A DNA stretch of 64,000 nt, from contig CM052817.1 of NCBI GenBank assembly GCA_028534125.1, forward strand, positions 70,682,001-70,746,000, given 5' to 3'. The position numbers and the translations under genes are program-made. The notes under the pieces were generated by a model. The model was not told the DNA's origin. It searched no databases and saw only the letters and a program-made list of their open reading frames with translations. Numbering within the stretch: position 1 is the first letter of the stretch; the number at the start of each line of letters is the position of its first letter. Shown here piece after piece: positions 28,311 to 39,735 of the stretch. The stretch is from Lama glama (Eukaryota).

Positions 28311-30656
28311 AATATATCTGGAAAAGACTTACTATTGACTTAAAAGTCATACTGTTCATTTCAATAAGAAGTTAACAATATCAGACTTTCTCAGCTAAAA
28401 GTTCTACAGAGACTTCTTTTCCTAATTCATCTACCACATTGGCAGAAAGAGCATTGTAAGCTCTGCTTGGCTAAGGCTGCTTCACTCATCTGTCAGCAAG
28501 ATTCTGGGCTTCAAATTGAGCTGACAATGGTTGAAGGGGATGGAACAGAACAGGCTGCACAACGGCATCGTATTTCACACCTCGGAGGGTTCTACACTAC
28601 CAATAATAACATCATATCTCTGTCAGTCAAGCACAATTATAGGGCTCAATAGATTGATTCAGATAAAAAGCCAGGTAAAACAGATCTCCTGACTCTGTTC
28701 TGGCTACAGTTATAGGACTTATTCGATTCTGTTACCTATGAATATTAGAATGGTACCTCCTTTGGGGACAAAAGGACAGAGAGAGTGCATCCCAAGCCGA
28801 CTCTTAAAAAGGTTAAAACTAATGCAACATTTCCTACTTCTAAAACTCCTGAAGCCATTTTGTAACGTTTGCTCATGCTCTTTTCATGTTTTTGAAACAC
28901 AAATGTGTTTTTAAGATATCCAGAATAGAAGGTACAATTTCATGCCATCTGGAGTCAGATAACACAACAGTCAGGCAAATCATCTGAGCAAATACATTTG
29001 TGAAATCCAAGCTAGGCGCACAAAGCACTCGCATGGATTTCTTTAGACCAGTGTTTTAATACGTATTACTTTTATGAGAAAAAAATAGAAAAAAATACCT
29101 GATATTCACATAGAAATAAATCACATACATTATCATAAAATTGCTCCATTGTGGCCATTTACAGCGAAACCTCCTGTGGTAGCAATACCTTTTTGTCAAA
29201 ATGGATAAGGCTGAGTAATAAGCTGAACAGCTTCCTAAAGAGTAAATCGATACGTGGGATCTAATTCAAGTTGTATTTCAAGTTTTAAATTATAAATGAT
29301 CTCAATATGCGAGATGCAGAAACTGACAACAATAACAATGTAGCTACAAATAATTCTAGTGTGATACAGCCAAGTTTTCCAAAATATATCAAATAAAGAT
29401 GTAAATGTAAGGTTCCTAAATTACATTTTATTATTAAGTGTTTTTCCTTCTTTAATCTTATTTGAGAGTATTACTTCAGGAGGAAAATGAAAAAAGGTGA
29501 CTCTCATTGACAAAAGACATCTGCTATTGTCCCTCAGGGAAAATCAGTCTTTCATTGGTTTGTTTGTTGTAATGAGTGCCCTAATGCTGTCTTTTGCACT
29601 ATTGAGCACATTTCACAACAAAGTGAAAGTGAATGACAAGAAAATATACATCAGGACAACAAGGTTATACTTCACAATCTTTCTGCACATGTGAAACCAC
29701 AAGACCACAGAAGCTCATGGCTGGAAGGAAGTTGGCAAGATTTACTTGATACAGATTCTATGCCATGGATTGCTCATTAAAAGCAAGACTATTTAACTTC
29801 TTAGACTACCTTTGTACATTTACATTTAATTTACAGAATGGAGGCAAGGGCAATGGCCATTTAAAATGGCCACATAAGCGCTGATAAGCCAAGAACCATG
29901 ACATATCTTGTAGAAATAAACATTTTTTGCTAAACATAAACTTAGGGAAATAAAATTTTCTAAAAATAAAACTATAGAAACATTCCCATTTTAGTTTATG
30001 GGGAAAAAGCGGAAGGAAAAATACACATAAAATTAAATGATGCTAAAAATAAGAGGACTACGGTCACTGCAAGTTACAATTGTCAAAAATTGGATATTGC
30101 ATCTAAATAAATACAAAATTGATCAATCTATTTAATCATAATAACACCACTGTTCATTCATTTCTATTCAGATGCAAGAAATATAATGGAAATATTTTAT
30201 GAAGCCACCTACTCTAAAGCAAGGTTCTATGAAAAGCAAATACTTCTTGAAAATCATATACAGAGGTTTAGAAATTGAAGGCTTAAGAGGATTTCAATAC
30301 AAAGTATTTCACCCAGAAGGGCTCCCATGATATACGTGGGGTCACAAGAACCATGGTAAGATTCCATCCTATTAGTAAAGGTAGCATAATCAATATAAAT
30401 TTTTTCTCTTTTTCACAATCAATGATTTTTTACCTTAACAAATGTGAGCAACCTGAATTATCTTCTAGTCAGTATTAAAACTCATAATTAAACCTTATTT
30501 CTTGGATTTGATGCAATTTGCTAAACACATTATAACTTCCTTAAAATGCAGTTGAAATGCTATATTACTAATGCTTGTTGTATAAATTAGCCATTTTACA
30601 TTTTTTGGTCATGCTTTTACTATATGTAATTATTTATACCAAGAAATATGATTTGA

Positions 30657-30732
30657 TATTGAATCACTATGTTGTACCCCTGAAGCTAATGTAATATTAT
30701 AAATCAACTATACTTCAATCAAAAAAAAAAAA
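30657..30732 (+). mobile_element. Very short L1 3' end with poly(A) and 16-bp TSD
   Basis: gaatcactatgttgtacccctgaagctaatgtaatattataaatcaactatacttcaat plus an A-run. TSD aagaaatatgatttga (30641-30656) and aagaaatacaatttga (30733-30748). Confidence 0.88.
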
Positions 30733-30819
30733 AAGAAATACAATTTGACCCATGACCTGCCAAATCTGTGCAACATCTATCCATGTTATAATATACTTAT
30801 GATTTCAAGGAAGATGGAT

Positions 30820-31050
30820 AATGTGGTAAGCAGAAAGCATTTAGAATCACATATACCTAACTGAATTTCAACTCGGCAAAGTCTCTTTAGCTGTGTAACC
30901 ATTGATAATTAGCATCTTTGAGCCTCAGTTTTCACATTGAACAATGGGAATGGTAGCATCAGAAGGTTGTTGTGAGACAAAATAAATATACATGTACGTA
31001 AAGGGTCTGGAATATTGCTTAGGGGCATAAAACATATTAGTCCTCTTTTT
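30820..31050 (+). mobile_element. MIR SINE
   Basis: gagcctcagttttcacattgaacaatgggaat...ggttgttgtgaga. Confidence 0.75.
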
Positions 31051-32375
31051 TAATATCCAATAAAAAAAAGGCAGAACAACTGAAATCTTCTATGTAGAGA
31101 ACCTGCACTAATAGATGCCCCCCCCCAAAAGCAAGAGCCATATGGTTGTCTAAATTTGTGAAGGGCCAGAGAGGAAATACTAGAATCCTGAACATCATCA
31201 TAAGACAGAAATGGATTTAACTACCTCTTGGCCTGCCTAAAACTTACATCCGCAAAAAGAAGCCTCGAACACTCTATTCTGGATGTAATCTCTAGAGTTT
31301 CCTCTGAATAGTGGTGGTTTGTTTCCAGTTTTAAAAACAGAGGCTTAAATATGAAGTCAAAGAATAATAATGCCTCCTAGATCTGGGGCATGCCATCTGC
31401 CTAGCATTAAGCAAGAGCTGAAAGTCAGTTACAGAAGCAAAGTCATTTCCAACATGATTTATGTTCCATCCTTGAATGTGGCAGGAAGGCTGCAAAAGAT
31501 ATTTGGAAGCCAATGCTTCCTTTGAATAAAGTAAACGAGTATATGCTAAGCCCTTCTCCCTGGACCATGCCGGCCTGTTAGATAAGTTGCCAATACGGAA
31601 TCTGTGAACCCTGGAGCAAACTGGCTATTTGGGATGAGAAAATATCTTAAGGCCAATGATCATCGCTACTGTAAACATATAGTGCACAGTGCAGCACTGG
31701 GGTCAGACAACAGATATCCAGGATATTACTCAAAAACACATCTAACTCAAAGCTGACAAGATAATCTGTTCCTGTGAGTGCAAAGCAGACTGGAATGTTG
31801 CAGCTATGACCTACTCAAGGAAAGAAAAAAGTGCAGCTCTCCAAGGGATCCAACTCAAGCTCTTTATGCAGGCAAAACTCCAAGGGACTTCAAAGGGAAT
31901 GTTGCTTATGGAGGGAGTGCTGGACCAAGCCCACTGGGGGTATCACTTCCACGATCATGTTGCCATCTACATTTGATAGACTGGCAAATGCAAATATTTC
32001 AGATACAAGCTTAAACAGATGAATAAAGAAGTGTGAAAGATCTTGGAGGTTTGCTCCCAAAGAAACCTCAGAATTCCAGGAAAAGAATTTAATATAAGGA
32101 GCTTCATAAGTTATTCCAAAATTCCCAAGAGAGTAATTGGTTTGTGATCATATTAAAAATAGAAGTTTTTTTTAAATTGATACATACTGTACTCCAACAT
32201 ATCAAATGACCACAAAATAGCGTATTTAAAAAATAATTCCCCAAAGTCAAATACTCTTAAAAGGTCAGCAACATTTTCATAATTGGAATATACCATATTT
32301 TGATGTTTTAACAAAGTTTTAACATACGTGATCCTGATTAACGTAGAAGAGCCAAAATGCAGCAAATATACTTAC

Positions 32376-32383
32376 AGGAGGAC
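32376..32383 (-). CDS. COL25A1: COL25A1 8-nt microexon (phase 1-0), completes G-P-P
   Basis: Minus strand: long pyrimidine tract ...ccaccctag|GTCCTCCT|gtaagt. The upstream G plus GTCCTCCT gives GGT CCT CCT, exactly the GPP needed between ...RGES and GQPG. Confidence 0.92.
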
Positions 32384-32527
32384 CTAGGGTGGGGGGTGGG
32401 TAGAAAGAATAAGAAAAAAGGGAGAGATAAATTAGTGAATATGCAAAATAGTAAGATGAAATAAAAGACTACAGCATCATCATAATTATCAGCACAGTAC
32501 AGGGAATACACAGGTAGCTTAAGAATT

Positions 32528-32690
32528 CAGTGATTCTTAACCTTTTTTGGATCATGTGCCCTGTAAGACCATATCAGAAAAATGCGTTTATGTCTGTGTG
32601 CACACAAAACTTTACATAAAATTTCAGGGAATAATCAGATTCCCTGAAGCCTGTATATGAATTAATGAGAGGTTCATATATCTTAAGCAA
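32528..32690. mobile_element. hAT-Charlie-type MER DNA transposon relic
   Basis: cagtgattcttaaccttttttgg...cacacaaaactttacataaaatttcaggg...ccctgaagcc resembles the recalled hAT MER consensus; subfamily not assigned. Confidence 0.55.
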
Positions 32691-34424
32691 AGGCTGTCTA
32701 CTTTATATACCTAAAAATTTAGATAAAATATGAATCAGGAGGATCTTTGGGCATTTATAATAGACTAACTACAGACAATTGATATATAACTTTCTTGAGT
32801 TTGGTAAAATGGCTAAATCAGAAATGTGCCCATTATTTGTTCTAAGAATGTTTTTCATTTGGTAGTATTGTCAATATAGAAGAGATTAAGTCCTGATGTT
32901 TGTATATTTTTCTTTAAAACTATGTATTCTCATCAAAACACAATGGCAAAGTCTAAGAAAATTTCAATATTTTACACACCATATGCTCAATTAAAACACT
33001 AGTTTTCAGTAGCCAGGAAGTTGGGAATTGACTCAGTTTCTATAAAACTTTGCATAAGTACAAATTTTCCCATTTTTTTCTCCAGCCTCTTTCTTTTGAC
33101 ACAAATATCAATTCAGTGATTATTTGGGTCCACCAGTGTTTTGTCATTTCCATTTCCTCAAAACAAATTTATAAAGCATCCTCTATTATAAAACTTTGCG
33201 ATTCATGAACAGGATACCTATACAACTTTCCAATTATTTAGATGCAATAGGGTTTAAAGATAACTTTTGAGAATTCTATTAAAGGAATTAAGTAGCTACA
33301 CTTTCATAAAATCTTTTTATTTTGACATCATTTTTCCAAAAGGGAGGGAAATTGAGACAAAATAACCCAATCTGCTGTCTGCTCTTTTTGATAGGTTAGT
33401 ATTTCTGCTGTTTTAACCCTCAGTAATTGATTTTTTTTCTAATACTGATAAACACTTGTAGAAAATACTGGGAAATAACATTTCTTAGCTCTAGACTCAA
33501 ACCTTAAATTACTTTCCTCTTATTTTGCAAGGAAGAATTAATGGTCTGATAAGAGTTCATATGGTCATTTACATTTTTGGAGTCTTAGACTTTATAAAAC
33601 TAGTAAAGTTGTAAGTGAACACATTCATTTGAATATCTTGGTTTCAAAGGAATAGTTTTTATTTGACTTTACATATAGGGACTTGGCCTGAAAGCAAAAT
33701 CTCACTGAAATGGGTGTTAGACAATTGGTTGTGTTTCAAGTTCTACTCATAAAAAATTGTGTGGCCCTGGCTGAACCACCTGACTGCTCTAGGCCACCAC
33801 CTCCTCAACCACAAAATGAAAAAGCTGGGTTGATTACTCAGGCTCCTGTCATCGCTAAAATTTCATGGTTATGCAAGAGGAATCTAAATTCTCCAATTTT
33901 GAAAAGAATGAGAGTAAAAGAATGACAAAATTGTACCAGGTGGAAAAAAATTATAAAACTTTCCAAGACATGTAAAAAAAAAAAAAACTTTCCAAGACAT
34001 GTGCCCCAGTATTCCAAGGTAGATGTTTTCACAGAGACCCTGCATCTACTGACCACATACATAGATGGAAAGATGGGTGATGTTGTCACACTGCGTGTGG
34101 CTAAGAAATCCTCCACACTACACTGAAAGGACAGATTGACCTTGACACCATAAATAAGCCAAAACTGGGTGTTAGAGGTTATTAAACTTAATTAATAATT
34201 CTTTGCAAACTATAATTTGATGGAAATAAGAAAAAGATTTTAAAAAATCACAAACAAATTTCTAGGTGTAGCAGAGAAGATTTAAACACCACACACACAG
34301 ACACACACATGTGAGCGCATACAGACAACATCCAACAAGACAACATAATCGTTAATTAGGAGGAACAGATGTGGGAACCTGCTCAGAACATGAAGGACAT
34401 AGAACAGCTGAACGAGAGACTTAC

Positions 34425-34469
34425 CAGACTCTCCTCTTCGGCCTCTCTTACCTCGTTTCCCCGGAGGGC
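34425..34469 (-). CDS. COL25A1: Collagen XXV alpha 1 internal coding exon (45 nt, phase 1-1), encodes (G)PPGKRGKRGRRGES(G)
   Basis: Minus strand reads ...ttttgtatttcag|GCCCTCCGGGGAAACGAGGTAAGAGAGGCCGAAGAGGAGAGTCTG|gtaagt. Canonical AG/GT sites and perfect Gly-X-Y. Peptide matches recalled COL25A1 ...CPAGPPGKRGKRGRRGESGPPGQPG. Confidence 0.96.
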
Positions 34470-36239
34470 CTGAAATACAAAGAATAATTTTTGGTTCCAA
34501 AATACCTAGTAAATGATTTCTATATTATTTTTTCACTGTTTTTAGCTAACAAGAAAAAGGACCAGGTATTTGTAAAGGCCAACATCTTCTTTGGTATTTC
34601 AGCATAACTCTCAATCTTCATTTAATTACAAAAGCTGTACTAGATCTCTGATCATCTAGCGTTACTCAGAAACACTAAAGATTCAAAATTTCTGTTCATC
34701 CTGCCTGGATCTCACTAATAAGAAAGGCTTTGCTAAGTAAATTGGTGGTACTGAGATTTCATGTTTCTTAGGAACATTTCTTTTCTGAAGGTTTCCATAT
34801 ATTAATAATTAAAAAGACTAAGTACAAATGATTATAGTTTCTCTTCAGTCAGGTCCATTATGAGTCCCTTGAAAATATTTAGTTGGCAGTTAGTAAATGT
34901 ATATATTCATAACAGAAATAATCTTTACAAATATTTCTGTTTTATTAAATGTGAATTTTCATATACTGGAATTTCTTTAATTGAAAATCAGCTGGGTTAA
35001 AATCACAACCCTTTTAAGTGGAAAGTGTTTAGGTAGTTAACTACTGGTCTCATTTTTCTGAAAGGCTAGCTTATTTTTGTCATTCAATAATGTTTAGTCT
35101 TCATGATGATCCTGTTTTAAAAATGGAGAAAAGCATTTTTTTAGTGAGTTGCCTATGAAGACCACCAAGCTAGTGTGTATCAGACTTAGCACAAGTTTCT
35201 AGACATTCATGGCTTTCAAGCCATTATTCTCCATTATATAATTTCTGCTCTCGTTTCCTTGGGTAAGAATAGCTCCCACTGAATTATGATCCCAGCAAAC
35301 AGAACAGAATAATTAGCCCACAATGAGAACCGAGGTCTTATTATATTTGCTGGAAAAAAGAGGCCAAGGAAAATACAGAACTGCTTGGTTTTGAAGAATG
35401 AGTTGTAATGTTGGACTGATGACTTCCAAACTCCTAGAAAATTCAAGGCACAACAGCACGGACTGAGCACTCAGTTGACCTCAGTATGATCCTGAACTAC
35501 TGATTTCCACATGGAAACACTGTCATGAGAAATAAAAAACATCAGTGGGCCAATTCAGTTTCCCCTTAAACCCTTACACAGAGTAAGTCTACCCATCTGT
35601 GTTTTGCAAAAGGTTAAAAGCAATTAAGCAATAAAATCAATTGAAAATATTAGGAGAAGCAGCTTTGTAGCAGAGTCCAAGATTGTCATCTGAAATTTTA
35701 GATTTCCTTCTGTATTGTGGAATAAAGAGAGATTTTCATCATATTCCAGGTATCCTTGGCCAGATTGTGAGCAGAAATACAATCATATAAATAGGTAAAT
35801 AAACCCGTGGGGTCCTAATAGGTATGAAAAATATTTATGCACATGTTCAAACACACACATAGAAATATATATTGATATATTCCAATATATAATATACAAT
35901 GTCCTTAAGATTAGGAATCAGTTTTTTTTAATTACAAAATTACTTAAACTAAGAAGTATTTAGCAACTACTAGATACTTATGATGTCTGTGGTCTGCATA
36001 GTAGGAGTTATAGGTCATGTATAAGATGTATATCTGCCCTGAAGCAAAGAAGTTAAAAAGATTAAAATAATATGCATGAAAAATTTGTTAGTAGTATGTT
36101 GTGGAGCTGGCACAAGGAGAGTATGCTCTGATTTGCTCCTTCTACTTTAAACACACAGTTATAAAAAGAGGAAATTTTTTGTAAGTATTTGTATTCAGAA
36201 AAGAAATGGGCATGTCCACTGAACAGAAAAGGACCAGAC

Positions 36240-37385
36240 AAGCAAAGTGGAGAGCAGAGATACACCATAAGCCTGCTGGCCTCTGGTTCTAGAAGTAGGA
36301 ATGATGGCCATGGGTTTTATCCCTGAAGAATAAACACTCAAAAGTTCACTAATCAGAACCAAACTCACTTCCAAAGGCTGGGGGCCTGCAAATGCTGAAG
36401 AGAAGTTAGATCTCTGGCTTAAAGGCTGAGGAGTACAGATATATCTCTGAATCAGAAAAAGAAGCAAGCATCCAATGGTTTGATGCCTAATTCTGCGATA
36501 TTCCCCATGTAAATCTGGGGACAGGGGTATTGAAATGCCATTCTAAGACAAGTCTGGTCTTGAAGGCTGAGAGGTCAGCTAAAGACAAACATAAAATGTT
36601 TAGGGAAGAAAGGTAGACACACACAGATAGAAAACTACACACACACGCACACATACACACACAAACAAAACCTCCGACTCATAATGAATATAGAAACCAA
36701 AATTCCAAAACATATGAAGAAAACTAATGCTAAGAAAGGCAGCACTCAATAATAAGATCATGAATTCTTTCCAGGTAAATTAATTAAAGAAATCATCAGA
36801 CAAATGTTAGTAATGTTAATTATGCTTTAAGAAATAAATGAAGAAGTAACATCTGTTAAAGGATGTGATTTTAATGCAAACAAAAAAATAAAAAAACAGG
36901 TAGATTTGAAAGAGAATCCTTTAGAAATCTTGAAAATGGTCATTGAGATAGAAAAAAAAAAAGGATAAACCAATTAAATGCTAGCCTGGATGTGGCTGAA
37001 GAAGGAATCGATGTGGAAGCTGTAGGATGTAGCCCAGATAGACAGATTCAACATCTATCTATGTATCTAACTATTGAACTATCTTCTCATCTATGTTAAG
37101 AAGAAAACTTTTACTTATATTAGAAAGAGAATCTGAAAGAAATGATAGAGAAGCCTTTATTTAAGAGGTAATAGATGAGAATTTTCTAGAATTGAACATA
37201 GGAGCCCTAAGACTGAACTTATACTCCAAGTGGCAAGTAAAAATAAATCACACTTAAACACACAGGAGGAGAAACATAGAAATGGTCAAGGTCAATGAGA
37301 AAATGTTAGGAACTACCAAAGGGAAATTACAATGGAGGGTACCTAAACTGACTGCTGTCTCATCCACAACAAAGGTGCCAGAAGG
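36240..37385 (+). mobile_element. Old L1 (L1M/L1ME or HAL1-like) 5'/ORF1 fragment
   Basis: ORF1-like motifs: gctagcctggatgtggctgaagaaggaat; tatttaagaggtaatagatgagaattttctagaattga; aaactgactgctgtctcatccacaacaaaggtgccagaag. Start approximate. Confidence 0.7.
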
Positions 37386-37386
37386 G

Positions 37387-39000
37387 CCCAGTCCTGATTT
37401 TTATGATGAGTTTTAGAAGCCTATAATTATATTTGTTTATTGGAATTAGTTTATTTGTCACTGTCCCTCTGAAGAATATTCCTTTTAAATAGTAGAAATC
37501 ATCAAGTAAAAACAATGGATTGCATAAATGTTTAAAAATATTTTGAAATAAACATAAAAAATATTTAAAAGATAGCAGATCATGAAAAAAAATCAGAGAA
37601 GCAATGATATCTTCTGAAGAAATCAAGAAACAAAATTAAAATATTTCTGAACATGTCTGCTTTAAATATTCAATTAGAAGACTTAAAGAAATGGATCAAA
37701 TGCTGTGGGAAATTTGCTTGTTATATTGAGAACTGAGAAGAAATAAAATCTAAGGAAACTGAAGAGATATTTGGCAAGACAAAATTTTCTGAAGAATTTC
37801 ATAATATTTGAGAGAAAAAAATGAAGCTAAACTAAGTTGTGAGAAGATGAGAATCTAAACTCTATTGGATTTACAAAGAATACACCTGATTTGAGAAGAG
37901 CATGTTCTAACTGCTATTAGAAACAGCAGACTGGAGTGAGCATTATACGGGAGCTTGTGAACTAGTACATTACACAAAACTCACAGTTTCACAGAGATTA
38001 AAGGTTTTGCTTGCAAAGAGAATGAACAGAAGTTTTGAAGATGTCTACCTGCAAATGAGACAATTTGATACTGCTTTTGAATCTAAAGGCAGAAAAAATT
38101 TTAAAATGATATACATGGGATGAATTTGACCATGGACAGCTAGCAGATCACCAGAGTGAAAAATAAGAGAAGTCAAGCGATAGATGTTTCTCAGACAAAA
38201 CTGATGTTAACAATAATTAACAGTTGAAAAAGACAGTGACCGTTTCTGTTCCAAATTGAGTGATGTGTCAGCCAGGCATGAGCTGTAAGAACAAACATAG
38301 AAGCTGGAACCTAACTCTTATTCACTGAATTTGGCCAGATCCTTGTAGCAGAAATTCTAAAGGAATTCTCTTAGCAGAAAGGCATGACTCTGCAAAAGAA
38401 GCTGGTTCAAGAATATGAATGGGAAGAGAAAAAGCAGAAGCTATCAGCAACAGAGGAAGTGAAAACTTACAAGCAGAGAATTCATGAACGAAAGAATAAA
38501 TTATAGAAAACAGAGGGAGGCTGTAAAACCAGATTGCTCTTCATGATGAGAAAATTCATGACAACTGATACTGTTCATGCTTCAGAAAGAGTTTTCGCTT
38601 GAAAGATGGTGCAAATTGTCAGCCTGAGACAGAAATTAGTAAAAATTAGCCATAATGGCAATGCTTTAAAGACCAGTGTTGACAACCTCAACTGCAACAG
38701 ATCAAGGTCATCAAAACACATCATAGCAAGGGCTCTTAAGCCAAGCCAGTTCTTTTGGCCCACAACCAACACTGTTGGAGCACTCTATTTCTCATTAACG
38801 ATGTACATACCTGTGATAAGGCTAGCCTCTAAGGTCAGAAACATGCTGAGAGATAAACATATGCCTATACATAGGTCTTCTCATGATCTTGAGGGTGAGT
38901 AGTTATTGCAGGTATCTGGAATACCCTTATCTGGTTTATCATATAATTTACCACACCCTGTCAATTCTCTTATGACTTGGATCTGTTCACTGTCCACTCC
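37387..39000 (+). pseudogene. MIA3: Decayed processed pseudogene of MIA3/TANGO1 (transmembrane, coiled-coil and start of proline-rich region)
   Basis: Collinear peptide remnants versus recalled TANGO1: PSPDFY..*KPII (PGPDFYGLPWKPVF) at 37387; EAKLSCEKM (EAKLSEEKV); DWSE (DWSK); EILKEFS*QKGMTLQKKLVQE ([21 protein letters not shown]) from 38351; EEVKTYKQRI (EEVKTYKRRI); NQIALHDEKIHDN (NQIATHEKKAHEN); MAML...GLLSQASSFGP (MAML...GPLSQNGSFGP). Many stops and frameshifts, no introns. The 3' end is approximate. Confidence 0.88.
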
Positions 39001-39289
39001 TACAAGTATTTCAAAGTGAGCTTAAACATAACTTTTCTGGGTACTCTGAGAAGAGATTTCTTTTCACTAGGATTCTGTTTGTATTTTTAAAATGTGTTCA
39101 CCTCTTACACACATTTGCAACTAAACACACAGGAAATATTCAAGAAAAGTTTCAGGATTCATAATTGGTTGGGTATTTTGTTTTGTTTTTACCTCTTGCT
39201 TTCTATTTCAGCATACTTTTTTGGCTATGTCAGCTGTTTTGGAGAGAAGAAATAAGGTGGACAGAAGCAAAGGGAAGAAATCAATGAAA

Positions 39290-39735
39290 AATGAATTAAA
39301 GACTTAACTGTAAAAGCTGAAACCATAAAACTCCTAGAAGAAAACAAAGGGAAAAAATTCCTTGAGTGGTTGACAGGAGTTGGGCGAAAATGGAGAGGTG
39401 ATGGTCTAGGGTATAAAGTTTTAATTATGCAAGATAAATATATTCTAGAGATCTACTATACAGCATAGAACCTATAGCTAACAATACTATACTCAGTACT
39501 TAAAGCTTGCTAAGAGGGTACATCTTATGTTGAGTGTTCTTATTTAACAATAATAATAATAATAATAATAATAAAGGAGGTGGGAGGAAACTTTCAGAGA
39601 TGAGGGGTGTATCGATGCCTTGATGATGGTGATGGTTTCACAAATGTATACCTATCCCAAACTCATCTAGTTGTATGTATTAAATATGTACAGCTTTTTA
39701 CACGTCAATTGTACTTCAATAAAATGCTTTAAAAC
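39290..39735 (+). mobile_element. L1 ORF2 snippet joined to an L1MA-type 3' UTR, with an internal (AAT)n
   Basis: aaagacttaactgtaaaagctgaaaccataaaactcctagaagaaaac (ORF2), then ttctagagatctactatacagcatag...gctaagagggtacatctta...gatggtttcacaaatgtatac...caataaa. Confidence 0.85.

Noticed and set aside
34282..34500. 72-aa ORF as a standalone protein
   Set aside because: Only the 45-nt exon is coding; the rest is intron read-through.
38606..38902. 98-aa ORF as a functional retrogene product
   Set aside because: It only partly follows the TANGO1 frame and is surrounded by stops and frameshifts; no evidence of expression.
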